Counted from the stretch's first letter, positions 28,258-38,155 are shown. The stretch: DNA of 64,000 bases from Thermodesulfobacteriota bacterium (GCA_028278025.1 JANQFE010000054.1:4160-68159), one strand, 5' to 3'. Program-made: numbers and translations. Notes: generated by a model from the letters alone, not told the origin.

Positions 28258-30441
28258 TCACAGGTGCATATTGTCACGAATCATGCGAACAAGAGTTGCA
28301 TTTTCACCGTGACCTGTCATGTTTGCCGTTATCTTACCCTTGATAGGACGACCCAGTAAATACAGGTCACCCATCATATCCAGAATTTTGTGCCGGACAA
28401 ATTCATCCGGAAACCTGAGGTCAGTATTAATAATTTTTTCATCATCTATCAAGATGAAATTATTTAACCGACCGCCATCGGCCAAGCCCTTTTGTGACAA
28501 CGCTTCGATATCTTTCACAAATCCAAATGTGCGTGCAGGTGCAATTTCATTTTTAAAAACTTCTTCATCATCCAAGACAAAGGTAAATTCCTGAACCCCT
28601 ATGGGCTTAGGATAACGCAGCGTATAATGAATTGAAAATTTTTCCGATGGTTCAACTACAACAAATTTACTTTTGGGGTTAACATCACCAACAGTATAAC
28701 GATCAGTAATAACAATTTCTTCCAGTTCCTCATCCTGTTCCTCGATGCCGGCATCTTCAATAATCTGGCAGAAGTCAACTGCAGATCCATCCATAATTGG
28801 TACTTCATTGTTGATTTTAATCATCAGATTAGTTATGCGGTAGGCATGCAGGGCCGCAAGAAAATGTTCTGTGGTGCGGGCAACAGTGTTTGTGCTTTGC
28901 AAACACGTTGCATAGTCGGTTGACACAACATAGTCTATATCAGCAGGAATAGTTTCACCACTGGAAATACTGCCAAAAATAATTCCGCTGTTTGGCGGCA
29001 GGGGTGTCAGCATAAGACCGGTCTTGTCCCCTGAATGCAGTCCGCGACCGCTCATGACCATGCTGCGCTTGAGGGTTCTTTGAAGCCGTTTCCTGGTCTT
29101 TTTCTCACGCCCGAAGACAATACCATATTCCTTAATATATTTCTTTAAATTTTTCTCCTTAATATATAATTTTTTAGATGTTTTTTTAACATCCTTATCA
29201 TTTTTTCTAAGATGATAAAGAATATAATTTTTTCTCCAAGCAGCTTCTGCTTCTTCAAAGCTTTTATACCGTTCATAGAACCGGGCCATGCTGGATTGCA
29301 TATCATCTCGCAATGAAAGCGGAATATCATGGGCGGAAATATTCTTGGTCGGGACTGAAACAACCAGTTTTTCAGCCAGATTTTTGACTTCCTTCACATT
29401 ACCAGGCCAATCATAATTTACCAGTATTTCAACAGCATCATCTTCCAGATGTTTCTCCCTGAACCCATACTCCTCACAAAATTGTGAAATAAAAAATGTA
29501 AGCAGTAAAGGTATATCAGACCTCCTATGCCGTAATGCGGGCACACGCAGAGTATGACTGAAACATTCCAGCAGCTCAGGCTGAAAAACGCCTGCCTCTA
29601 CAATATCATCCGGGTCTTTTATCGTTGCTGCAATAATTCGCATTCCGGATTCTTTATGTTTTGATGATGAAATACTTTTAGTAATTCGTTTTTGTAATTT
29701 GACCGGTAGTGCATCAACTGCCTCAAGAAACACCGTACAGTCTGAAGTGTTTTGCAAAATGCCCTGCTTTGCGGAAGCCTCTTCTTTGCTCTTGTGAGAG
29801 CCAAAAAGCTTCACTTCAAGTTCCTGAGGGCTATAAAACGAACAATTAATTTTTATAAAAGAGACCGCATCTTTTTTTGACTGGGCATGTATATGCCAAG
29901 CAATCAATTCTTTCCCGCTGCCAAGCTCGCCCTGGAGAAAGATATGCTCATTGTGTGTGGCCAACTGTCCAATCTCTTCCTTTATAACCAAAACAGCAGG
30001 TGTTTCCCCTGTCAAGTCAGGCACAATCTCTTCGTCTACCGGCTTCTCAGGCTGCACAGCAGTTGTAGAAGCTTTTTGTTTCTCGGTAACTTTTTTGATG
30101 ATATTAATTACCGTATCCAGAGAAAATGGTTTTTCCAGGAAATCAAATGCTCCCTGCTTTACAGCCTGGACTGCGGTGTTGACAGTACCATGCCCTGTCA
30201 TCATAACTACATCAATATCGGAATCAAAATCCTTGATTGCCGTGAGTGTTGTCATTCCATCCATTTCCGGAAGCCATATGTCAAGGAAAACAATGTCGAC
30301 CGGTTGGAATTTGATTATCTCCATTGCTTTCATTCCATCCGAAGCAGTCAAGACAATGTACCCCTCATCCTCAAGACTGCCGCGCAATGAATTCACAATC
30401 GTATTTTCATCATCAACCAGTAAGATTACCGGGGTCTTCAT
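28258..30441 (-). CDS. lpxC: Fusion protein: NtrX-like response regulator (REC + degenerate sigma54 AAA+ + Fis HTH) fused to complete LpxC, UDP-3-O-acyl-N-acetylglucosamine deacetylase
   Basis: The N-terminus is a REC domain (LLVDDE…DIVFLDIWLPEMDG). This is followed by a sigma54-type AAA+ domain with Walker A GELGSGKE but without a GAFTGA loop, and then a Fis-like HTH. The C-terminal 274 aa (about 28261..29082) carry all LpxC hallmarks: QRTLKR, GLHSG, TEHFLAAL, PIMDGSA, ARTFGF..DIE.L…GLA.GG, FVRHKILDMMGD and TGHGEN. A single continuous frame of 727 aa runs through all of these. Confidence 0.8.
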   Translation of the reverse strand: MKTPVILLVDDENTIVNSLRGSLEDEGYIVLTASDGMKAMEIIKFQPVDIVFLDIWLPEMDGMTTLTAIKDFDSDIDVVMMTGHGTVNTAVQAVKQGAFDFLEKPFSLDTVINIIKKVTEKQKASTTAVQPEKPVDEEIVPDLTGETPAVLVIKEEIGQLATHNEHIFLQGELGSGKELIAWHIHAQSKKDAVSFIKINCSFYSPQELEVKLFGSHKSKEEASAKQGILQNTSDCTVFLEAVDALPVKLQKRITKSISSSKHKESGMRIIAATIKDPDDIVEAGVFQPELLECFSHTLRVPALRHRRSDIPLLLTFFISQFCEEYGFREKHLEDDAVEILVNYDWPGNVKEVKNLAEKLVVSVPTKNISAHDIPLSLRDDMQSSMARFYERYKSFEEAEAAWRKNYILYHLRKNDKDVKKTSKKLYIKEKNLKKYIKEYGIVFGREKKTRKRLQRTLKRSMVMSGRGLHSGDKTGLMLTPLPPNSGIIFGSISSGETIPADIDYVVSTDYATCLQSTNTVARTTEHFLAALHAYRITNLMIKINNEVPIMDGSAVDFCQIIEDAGIEEQDEELEEIVITDRYTVGDVNPKSKFVVVEPSEKFSIHYTLRYPKPIGVQEFTFVLDDEEVFKNEIAPARTFGFVKDIEALSQKGLADGGRLNNFILIDDEKIINTDLRFPDEFVRHKILDMMGDLYLLGRPIKGKITANMTGHGENATLVRMIRDNMHL

Positions 30442-30533
30442 TAAAAAATCCTTTCTTTTACGACTGTTCGGTTCCCTGCCCCTGCTGCCGGTTTTCTTAG
30501 CTACTTTTTTAACTTCGATTTCTGTTTTTGACT

Positions 30534-32774
30534 TTATATATTTACTTTCTGGCGTACCGGCAGTTCAATAACAAAACAGGTTCCCTTGGGCTTATTATCA
30601 CGTACGCGGATGTATCCGCTATGGTCTGCAATAATCGTATTTACTATTGCCAGCCCCAGTCCGGTGCCGCCCTTTTTAGTGGAAAAATTAGGCTCAAAAA
30701 GTTTAGACTTTAGTTGGGGTTGTATGCCGTAGCCGGTATCCGCAATTTCAATAGTAACAACCTCCTGGGCATCATTGTAGTGGGTACGGATTGTTACCGT
30801 GCCACCATTTTCCATGGAGTCAACTGCATTGTCAAGCAGATTAATCAGGGCTCTCTTTATTTGATCTCTATCAAGGTTAAAGCGCTTTACGGCCTCACCC
30901 TTTATAAATTTAAACGTTATATCTTTATGTGCTTCTTTGTACAAAAGCAGGGTCTCATCTATGATCTCATGCAAATCATTGGGAAGGGGTTTTGTGGCAG
31001 GCATTCGTGCAAAGTTTGAAAATTCATTAACCAGGGTTTTCAGTTCATCAACCTGGTTGATAATAGTCCATGTACATTCATCAAAAATTTTAGCCTCATG
31101 ATTAATCTGGGACTGAAATTTTTTTCTCAGGCGCTGTGCAGATAGTTTAATTGGCGTAAGCGGGTTTTTAACCTCGTGGGCAATTTTACTTGCAACTTCC
31201 TTCCAAGCGTAGGCCCTTTGGGCCTGCTGAATTTGAGTGAGGTCTTCAGCCACAATTACCAGCCCCAAATAATTTTGTTCCTTGTCAAACAGCATGTTGG
31301 AACGTATGTAGAGAAATATTGTCTTTTGTGGAAAAGCAAGTGTGATCTGCTTTTCAGCTGCTCTGAGACAAAATTTATTTATCTCATCTATAAAATCACA
31401 CAGGGGTTGCAGCGGTTCGGAGGCAAAAACTTCTGCATAGGATTTAGCAAGTGCCCTTTCCATCTGAACATCAAGCATTTTCTCAGCAGACTTGTTAAAG
31501 GCCGTAATTATGCCTTCTTTATTAATGGAAATAACCACAGATGCAACATTATCCAGTAAAATTTCCATATATAGTCTGCGGTGATCAAGCTCCCCGATTG
31601 TATCGCGCAAATCATTCGTGGTTGATTCGACCTGCTCCTTGCTCACTTTTAAATCACAGGTCATCTGGTTAAAGGCATTGACCAGACTGCCGATCTCATC
31701 ATCAGTTGCAGGTTCAATCTGAAAATCAAGGTTGCCCTGGGAAACTTGATGGGTCGCATCAGCAAGCGAGCTTATCGGTACAGTAATAACCTTAGACAAA
31801 TGGAATCCAAACCACGTTGCAGAAAATATTATTAATAGTGTCACTACAGACAGCAGAATCATATAAATAAGCTTTATAGGATTTTTGTAAATTTTAAGCT
31901 GTTTGTACTCCTGAAATGCCCGGGAGATTGTATCCATTTTGGAAACAAGGCTCTGTGGCACATAATAATTAACAACTACTACTCCAACCACGTCTTTACG
32001 CTTCCAGGTAGAAAGCACGGGTACGACACCTCGTATAATGTCACCTTCGCCGGCTGGTTGTATACGGGTAACCTCTTTGCCCTCCAGAGCCTGCTGCACT
32101 AATGAGGACTCTGCGCTGATAAAATCGCTGTCAGGTATATTAGGATTCATTATTTTAAGAAGTTCTTCACGCTGAGATGAAAACACCTCCACTACTCCCA
32201 GATTATATTCCACCTGCTTTTCCGTTACATACTCTTCAAGATTGTCCAGATTTTTCTCATTAAGCAGTTTTTTATCTGTAATTTTACCGCTTATCTGACG
32301 TGCATAATAAAGGGCATTAGCAGCAGAACTTTTATAGTATACCTCAGCCACATTGAGTGACTCTTCAAGAGAACTTTCAACTTTAAAACTGAACCAATTC
32401 TCTATGGTATTTGTTATGAAACCGATGGAGACCCAAAAAAGCAGCAGGGTTGGTATAAGCGACAGGCCAACAAAGGCCATGACCAGTTTAGTTCTGAGCT
32501 TTGAGCCGAGAATGCCTTTCCTGCGTTCAAAAAAAAGTTTAACAACATTGCGCACAACCAGAAATATAAGCAGCAAAAGCAGCATCGCATTAACATTTAT
32601 AAGACTGAAAACCAGGATGTTTTGAGGCAGTAAGGCTTCGCCTTTCAGTCCGCTCAGATATACAAGCAGTGATGTCAGTACGACCACCAGAAGGATAACA
32701 ACTATTATTATAGTTCTTTCACGTCTGCGCCTTTTCTTTTCCGCTTTCTGCTGTTTGTGTAATTCTTCGTTCAT
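30534..32774 (-). CDS. ntrY: NtrY-like sensor histidine kinase (TM-HAMP-PAS-HisKA-HATPase)
   Basis: N-terminal TM segments, HAMP and PAS domains, the H-box AHEVKNPLTPIKLSAQRL (NtrY signature) and the HATPase G-boxes. Confidence 0.8.
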   Translation of the reverse strand: MNEELHKQQKAEKKRRRRERTIIIVVILLVVVLTSLLVYLSGLKGEALLPQNILVFSLINVNAMLLLLLIFLVVRNVVKLFFERRKGILGSKLRTKLVMAFVGLSLIPTLLLFWVSIGFITNTIENWFSFKVESSLEESLNVAEVYYKSSAANALYYARQISGKITDKKLLNEKNLDNLEEYVTEKQVEYNLGVVEVFSSQREELLKIMNPNIPDSDFISAESSLVQQALEGKEVTRIQPAGEGDIIRGVVPVLSTWKRKDVVGVVVVNYYVPQSLVSKMDTISRAFQEYKQLKIYKNPIKLIYMILLSVVTLLIIFSATWFGFHLSKVITVPISSLADATHQVSQGNLDFQIEPATDDEIGSLVNAFNQMTCDLKVSKEQVESTTNDLRDTIGELDHRRLYMEILLDNVASVVISINKEGIITAFNKSAEKMLDVQMERALAKSYAEVFASEPLQPLCDFIDEINKFCLRAAEKQITLAFPQKTIFLYIRSNMLFDKEQNYLGLVIVAEDLTQIQQAQRAYAWKEVASKIAHEVKNPLTPIKLSAQRLRKKFQSQINHEAKIFDECTWTIINQVDELKTLVNEFSNFARMPATKPLPNDLHEIIDETLLLYKEAHKDITFKFIKGEAVKRFNLDRDQIKRALINLLDNAVDSMENGGTVTIRTHYNDAQEVVTIEIADTGYGIQPQLKSKLFEPNFSTKKGGTGLGLAIVNTIIADHSGYIRVRDNKPKGTCFVIELPVRQKVNI

Positions 32775-33199
32775 TCTGGTATAATTAATTATAAAACATT
32801 ATTTTTGTTAACAATTTGCCAAACAATCAAAACAGAAAAATATAAAAAAACTAAAGTCTTAAATGTAACATTATCTGTTTTTGTGTCAATATTAAAAAAA
32901 ACATCGGTTTTTCTCCAAATGCGCTGTGCGGTGCAACCACATTCGTGCCATCCTCAGGCCGGCCGGCAAGCAGTCTAAGCAAGCGTTAACACCTCGTAGT
33001 TATAGAAGTCAATTAAGCCTCTTTTTCCGGGGAATATCTATTATGCAAATCATCTTGACAATAAAATAAATTTATGTTTTTCTATTACATTATCTTAATT
33101 ATTGTTAAATCAGCAACTTATGTAAGTATACCTATACTTGTGCTGTGTGTCATTACAACGCCGGCATACACATGCAACTGTTTATAAAAGGAGACTACC

Positions 33200-33334
33200 T
33201 TGAAACGGACATTTCAACCAAGCACATTGAAACGAAAACGCACACATGGTTTCTTGCATCGCATGAGCACGAAAGCAGGGCAGAATATTATCAAAAGAAG
33301 AAGAAGGAAGGGCCGCAAAACACTCAGTGCATAA
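33200..33334 (+). CDS. rpmH: 50S ribosomal protein L34
   Basis: Hand translation from the TTG after AAGGAG gives (M)[43 protein letters not shown]. It is not in the ORF track because it is under 60 aa. Confidence 0.85.
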   Translation: MKRTFQPSTLKRKRTHGFLHRMSTKAGQNIIKRRRRKGRKTLSA

Positions 33335-33382
33335 TAATATACTATACCCACATCGGATTATAATCAATTTTGCATATGCCCC

Positions 33383-33754
33383 TTGAATATGAGCCCCTTC
33401 TCTTTTAAAAAAAAGGAAAGAGTTCGAAAACGTACTGATTTTATAACAATATATAATAAAGGAGTTAAGCAAGAGACGCAGCACTTTAAAATTGCAACGT
33501 TACCTAACAACTTACAATGGAGCCGTTTAGGGTTAACGGTTAGTAAAAAAGTCGGGAAGGCAGTGCAAAGAAATTATGTAAAACGCCGGCTGAGGGAGTA
33601 TTTTAGACTACACAAAGCATATTTACCTATGTCGTGTGATATAGTTATAACTTCTAAATCAGGTGCACAAAAACTTACGTATGTTGAAATGTGCCAAGAG
33701 CTTAACGCAATCTTGTGTCCTGATTTACAGATGCCGGACAGAACTAAAGGGTAA
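33383..33754 (+). CDS. rnpA: RNase P protein component
   Basis: Basic approximately 120-aa protein immediately after rpmH, with a …KRRLRE… RNR-like motif. Confidence 0.8.
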   Translation: MNMSPFSFKKKERVRKRTDFITIYNKGVKQETQHFKIATLPNNLQWSRLGLTVSKKVGKAVQRNYVKRRLREYFRLHKAYLPMSCDIVITSKSGAQKLTYVEMCQELNAILCPDLQMPDRTKG

Positions 33755-33772
33755 TTCTTTGCTGGTTTTATC

Positions 33773-33988
33773 ATGGATACACTTAGCAAATTGTTTATTT
33801 ATCCCATAAAATTTTATCAATTTTTTATCTCTCCCCTGCTTGGTTCAAACTGCCGTTTTATACCGACGTGCTCCACGTACGCACTCAGTGCTTTTGAAAA
33901 GTACGGTCCCTTGAAGGCACTAATGATGGTGGGAAAACGAATCCTGAAATGCCATCCTTTTCATCCTGGCGGAATAGACCCTGCCTAA
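33773..33988 (+). CDS. yidD: Membrane protein insertion efficiency factor YidD
   Basis: FYQ..ISP…C.F.PTCS.YA…HPGG.D matches the YidD signature. Confidence 0.8.
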   Translation: MDTLSKLFIYPIKFYQFFISPLLGSNCRFIPTCSTYALSAFEKYGPLKALMMVGKRILKCHPFHPGGIDPA

Positions 33989-34091
33989 AAAAATCGTGTA
34001 CCCGTAAGAGTGTGTAGGTAACATAAACAACCTGTAATTGCACAGGTGGGCTGCTTGCGTTTTACTGCTTCTATTTTAAGGAATACACTGC

Positions 34092-35867
34092 ATGGACAAT
34101 GAAAAAAGAGTTTTGCTTGCAATAATACTTTCAATAGCAGTCCTTTTTTTGTACCAATCGTTTCTGGCACCCCCGGCTCCCCAAAAACCGCCTGAGAAAG
34201 GACCGGCAGAGTACCAGCCGCCGCAGGAAATGCCCAAGCCTGCAATCACACCCAAGGCTGCCCAAAGAAAACTTTCGATTACATCAATGCCGCAGACTCC
34301 TGAGGCTGTTAGCGACACTACACCAAAGCAGGTTACGGTAAAGACACAAATGTTTTCTGCGGTGTTTTCCTCCCGGGAAGCTGCTTTGCAAAGCTTCAGA
34401 CTGCACAACTACAAAGAAAAACTTGCAAGCCCGGCCATTATACGGTTTGTTAATAAACTCATTTCTGCAGACAGCTCTGATGAATCCACTGATAATGAAC
34501 AGATGTTTAAGGAGCTTGTCCACATACAGCAGCCCCAGCCTCTTCCGCTGCTGGCGTCATTTTTGAATACAAACGGCAACCCTGCGGCACATACATCCTG
34601 GCATACGGATAAAGACCAGCTTTTGCTGGAAGATACCCGTCCTGAAGGTACTCTTACATTTACGCGTACCGACCCTCAGGGGCTTACCCTACAAAAAGAA
34701 TTTGTATTCAATGATGGTGAGTATAAAATTGACTTTAACTTTACAGTGTCTAATGCATCGGAAACACAGCTTGAAGGCAATCCGTTTATTGAATGGACGG
34801 CACCTTATCCTGCAGGAAACGGCGGTGGTTTTTTTAGTATGAACACCCAAAATATTTCCCGTTTTGCTTATTTTATCAAGAATAAAGTTAAAAAAAAGGA
34901 ACTGCAAAAAATCGAGAAAAACATCACCCTTGAAGGTGATATCCTCTGGACCGCTATTGAGCAAAAATACTTTACTTCTGCCATTATATCCAATGGCCAA
35001 AAACCCGTTCAGGTGCTTCTGGGGAAAGCCGGTGAACAGACATTTGCATATCAGCTTGTCTACCCTTTTGTCTCGCTCCAGCCCGGCGAGCAGAAGACCT
35101 ATTCATTATCTCTCTATCTGGGGCCCAGGGATATTGACATTTTGAAGGCCCAGGGTGCTCGACTGGAAAAAACAATTGATTTTGGTGTTTTTGATGTTTT
35201 AGCAAAACCTCTGCTGCTGACCGTCAAATTTTTCTACTCTTTTCTCGGCAATTACGGCTTGGCAATAATCCTTTTAACTATTATCATAAAAATCCTTTTC
35301 TGGCCGCTTTCTCATAAAAGCATGCAGTCGATGAAGGATATGCAAAAAATTCAGCCGGAGCTTGCCAAGCTGAAAGAAAAATATAAAAACAACAAGGAAG
35401 AGTTTGCACGCCAGCAGATGGCAATGTATAAAAAATATAAAGTTAATCCCCTCGGCGGCTGTCTCCCTATGCTCCTGCAAATACCTGTTTTTATTGCTCT
35501 GTATCGTGCACTGATGGACTCTATTGAACTGCGCCATGCAAATTTTATATCTTTTTGGATCAATGACCTATCTGCAAAAGATCCCACGTATATTGCACCG
35601 ATCATTATGGGTTTATCTATGCTGCTGCAGCAAAAGATGACTCCTTCCACTGCTGATCCCGCCCAGGCAAAAATGATGATGTTTATGCCCATTATTTTTA
35701 CCGTAATGTTTCTGAATTTTCCTTCCGGTCTGGTTATATACTGGCTGGTTAATAATGTCCTTTCAATTGCACAGCAATTGTACATAAATAAAAAATCTCA
35801 TCAGTCAGGAGGTAGCGAATGCAATCAATCGAAGTCGAAGCAAAAAGTCTCGAAGAAGCAATCTTAA
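34092..35867 (+). CDS. yidC: Membrane protein insertase YidC
   Basis: An N-terminal TM segment, a large periplasmic domain and the conserved C-terminal 5-TM core (…GLAIILLTIIIKILFWPL…, …GGCLPMLLQIPVFIALY…). Confidence 0.9.
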   Translation: MDNEKRVLLAIILSIAVLFLYQSFLAPPAPQKPPEKGPAEYQPPQEMPKPAITPKAAQRKLSITSMPQTPEAVSDTTPKQVTVKTQMFSAVFSSREAALQSFRLHNYKEKLASPAIIRFVNKLISADSSDESTDNEQMFKELVHIQQPQPLPLLASFLNTNGNPAAHTSWHTDKDQLLLEDTRPEGTLTFTRTDPQGLTLQKEFVFNDGEYKIDFNFTVSNASETQLEGNPFIEWTAPYPAGNGGGFFSMNTQNISRFAYFIKNKVKKKELQKIEKNITLEGDILWTAIEQKYFTSAIISNGQKPVQVLLGKAGEQTFAYQLVYPFVSLQPGEQKTYSLSLYLGPRDIDILKAQGARLEKTIDFGVFDVLAKPLLLTVKFFYSFLGNYGLAIILLTIIIKILFWPLSHKSMQSMKDMQKIQPELAKLKEKYKNNKEEFARQQMAMYKKYKVNPLGGCLPMLLQIPVFIALYRALMDSIELRHANFISFWINDLSAKDPTYIAPIIMGLSMLLQQKMTPSTADPAQAKMMMFMPIIFTVMFLNFPSGLVIYWLVNNVLSIAQQLYINKKSHQSGGSECNQSKSKQKVSKKQS

Positions 35868-36463
35868 TTGCCTGTGAAAAACTGCACACATCAAAGGATA
35901 AAATGCACGTTGAAGTGCTTGAGGAACCATCCGGTAAGCTCATGTCTCTTTTTTCGAACAAAAAGGCCCGCATACGAGCCAGCATGATGGCAGTATCACA
36001 ACAATCCGACAGTGATGCCATAGATACGTTAAAAGAGATTTTGGAAACAATTGTGTCCGGCATATACCCTAAAGCTTCCGTAAAGATAAAGAAAGAATAT
36101 GACGAAACAGTTCTGAACATCATTGGAGACGGCAGCGGCATCTTTATTGGCAAAAAGGGCCAGACTCTTGAAGCCTTTCAATATCTTATTAATAAAATAC
36201 GGCTCAGCAAATTTAAAAACGCGCCCCATATTACCGTTGACTCTGAATCATACCGTTCACGACATATAGCTTCTCTTGTAAGCCTTGCAAAACGGTTGAG
36301 CGAAAAGGCTAAAAAACGCGGTGGACCGGTAACAACAAATCCGCTCACTCCCGGTGACAGGAGAATTATTCACATGACGTTAAAAAAAGATTCAGAACTG
36401 ACAACCTGGAGCAAGGGCGATGGGAATTTGAAGAAAGTTATTATTGCACCACGTCAATCATAA
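35819..36463 (+). CDS. jag: Jag/KhpB RNA-binding protein (KH + R3H domains)
   Basis: Jag N-terminal domain, a KH-like segment and a C-terminal R3H domain. Conserved position after yidC. A terminator hairpin follows at 36543..36577. Confidence 0.8.
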   Translation: MQSIEVEAKSLEEAILIACEKLHTSKDKMHVEVLEEPSGKLMSLFSNKKARIRASMMAVSQQSDSDAIDTLKEILETIVSGIYPKASVKIKKEYDETVLNIIGDGSGIFIGKKGQTLEAFQYLINKIRLSKFKNAPHITVDSESYRSRHIASLVSLAKRLSEKAKKRGGPVTTNPLTPGDRRIIHMTLKKDSELTTWSKGDGNLKKVIIAPRQS

Positions 36464-36542
36464 TAGATGCTTTTGATACAGTTGTACCCGTAAGGTTAAA
36501 AAGTAAAAAAACTAAAAGTCGACAAGATCCAACAATGACATA

Positions 36543-36577
36543 AAAGGCATGGCCAAAGTAAGGCCTTGCCTTTTTTT
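36543..36577 (+). terminator. Rho-independent terminator after jag
   Basis: Hairpin aaGGCAtGGCCaaagtaaGGCCtTGCCtt followed by TTTTTTT. Confidence 0.55.
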
Positions 36578-36609
36578 ACCTGCAACTTCACTGATAGATA
36601 CGAGAAAAC

Positions 36610-38007
36610 ATGCCTGAAAACAGAATATATGCTCAAGATACCATTGCTGCCATTGCCACTCCCGTCGGCAGGGGAGGTATCGGTATCATTAAAATCAGCG
36701 GTCCTGATGCGATTAAAATTATTCAGCCTTTTTTTCGTTCCGGTTCTTTTGATCCTATCAGGCCAAACACACACCGCATCTATTACGGCAAAGTCATAGA
36801 TCCTGTAGACGGCTGCGAGCTTGATGAAGTTCTGGTATCATATATGCAGGGTCCCACATCCTATACAGGGGAAGATGTGGTTGAAATAAACTGCCACAGC
36901 GGGCTGGTTGTCCTGCAGCAGCTGCTTAATCTGGTAATTAACAGCGGGGCGCGGCCGGCCGAACCTGGTGAATTTACCAAACGCGCTTTTTTAAATGGAC
37001 GCATTGATCTTACTCAGGCCGAAGCTGTTGTCGATGTAATTGAGGCCCAGACAGACACGGGCCTTAAGCTCGCTGCCCGTCAAATGAAAGGAGCCCTTAC
37101 TAAAAAAGCCGCCGAGGTTCAGCAAAAGCTGCTCGAGGTAACCGCTTTTCTTGAAGCTTCGATTGACTTCCCCGAGGATGATCTGGACGACTTGAATCCG
37201 CATACTATGGTACAAAAAGTCCAACATGCCGCTGAAACAATAAAAAATCTTATTGCTACATTTGATGAAGGCCGTCTGTACCGTGCGGGTATACAGGTAG
37301 TCATCGTAGGCAAACCCAATGTCGGCAAATCAAGCCTGCTTAATGCTTTAGTGGGTGATACAAGGGCAATTGTTACAGCGATTCCCGGCACAACACGGGA
37401 TGTAATACATGAAACCATAAGCATTCAGGGGATACCGGTCAAACTGCTCGATACTGCAGGTCTCCATCAGGGTAATGACGAAATCGAAAAAATAGGCATA
37501 GACATAACACTTTCAAAAATACCTGAAGCTGATCTGGTGCTGCTTGTGCTCGACGGCAGCAGTAATCTTGACGAGCGTGACTGGTCGATCATCGAAACAG
37601 TCAGGGATACATCTGCAATTATCATAGTAAATAAGTCCGACCTTCCTCAGGTGCTTTCAGTGCAGAAACTGCCTAATGAAGCCTACCATAAAAACATTGT
37701 CAAGGTTTCCGCCCTGTATCACCACGGTATTGATGAGCTGAAAAAAACCATCACACACACTATTATACATGAAAAACATGATATAACCTCAAACATCCTT
37801 ATATCAAATGCCCGCCATAAAAATGCACTTGAAAAAACCCTTGCATCTTTGCAGATCGTTTTGAAAGGATTTCAAGAGCAGCTTGCTGCTGAACTTGTTG
37901 CCGTTGACCTCCAGGCCGCCCTCAGTTACCTTGGAGAACTTACCGGTGAAACAACCACTGATGATATTCTCGATATGATTTTTAGCCGTTTCTGTATTGG
38001 AAAGTAA
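36610..38007 (+). CDS. mnmE: tRNA modification GTPase MnmE
   Basis: DTIAAIATP..GGIGIIKISG at the N-terminus, G1-G4 GTPase motifs (GKPNVGKSS, DTAG, NKSD) and the C-terminal CIGK. Confidence 0.9.
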   Translation: MPENRIYAQDTIAAIATPVGRGGIGIIKISGPDAIKIIQPFFRSGSFDPIRPNTHRIYYGKVIDPVDGCELDEVLVSYMQGPTSYTGEDVVEINCHSGLVVLQQLLNLVINSGARPAEPGEFTKRAFLNGRIDLTQAEAVVDVIEAQTDTGLKLAARQMKGALTKKAAEVQQKLLEVTAFLEASIDFPEDDLDDLNPHTMVQKVQHAAETIKNLIATFDEGRLYRAGIQVVIVGKPNVGKSSLLNALVGDTRAIVTAIPGTTRDVIHETISIQGIPVKLLDTAGLHQGNDEIEKIGIDITLSKIPEADLVLLVLDGSSNLDERDWSIIETVRDTSAIIIVNKSDLPQVLSVQKLPNEAYHKNIVKVSALYHHGIDELKKTITHTIIHEKHDITSNILISNARHKNALEKTLASLQIVLKGFQEQLAAELVAVDLQAALSYLGELTGETTTDDILDMIFSRFCIGK

Positions 38008-38155
38008 GGTAAAAAGATCAAGAGATTAAAAAGTTTTGTCACTCATTACTCATCACCTTTTACCCCTTGACTCGGCAATTCCTTTCCATTATACTTCCAC
38101 AGAATAGTATAACCATACAAAAATTCATTAATAATTCATTGTGTGATGGTATTCC

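Noticed and set aside
28258-30441. Possibility that the regulator-LpxC fusion is two separate genes
   Set aside because: There is no in-frame stop, no internal ATG/GTG with an RBS at the junction, and a single continuous frame. It is therefore kept as a fusion, but flagged for read-level verification.
29951-30571. 206-aa plus-strand ORF spanning the regulator-LpxC / ntrY junction
   Set aside because: Antisense to two strongly supported genes. It has no RBS and a low-complexity translation.
32775-33199. Candidate oriC / DnaA-box cluster upstream of rpmH
   Set aside because: It is AT-rich, but I could not find TTATCCACA-like boxes or a dnaA gene. It is more likely the ntrY and rpmH promoter region.
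33145-33363. 72-aa ORF from the track overlapping rpmH
   Set aside because: It is in a different frame from the true L34 gene. The protein has no similarity to anything and covers the rpmH RBS; the hand-translated 44-aa rpmH is the real gene.
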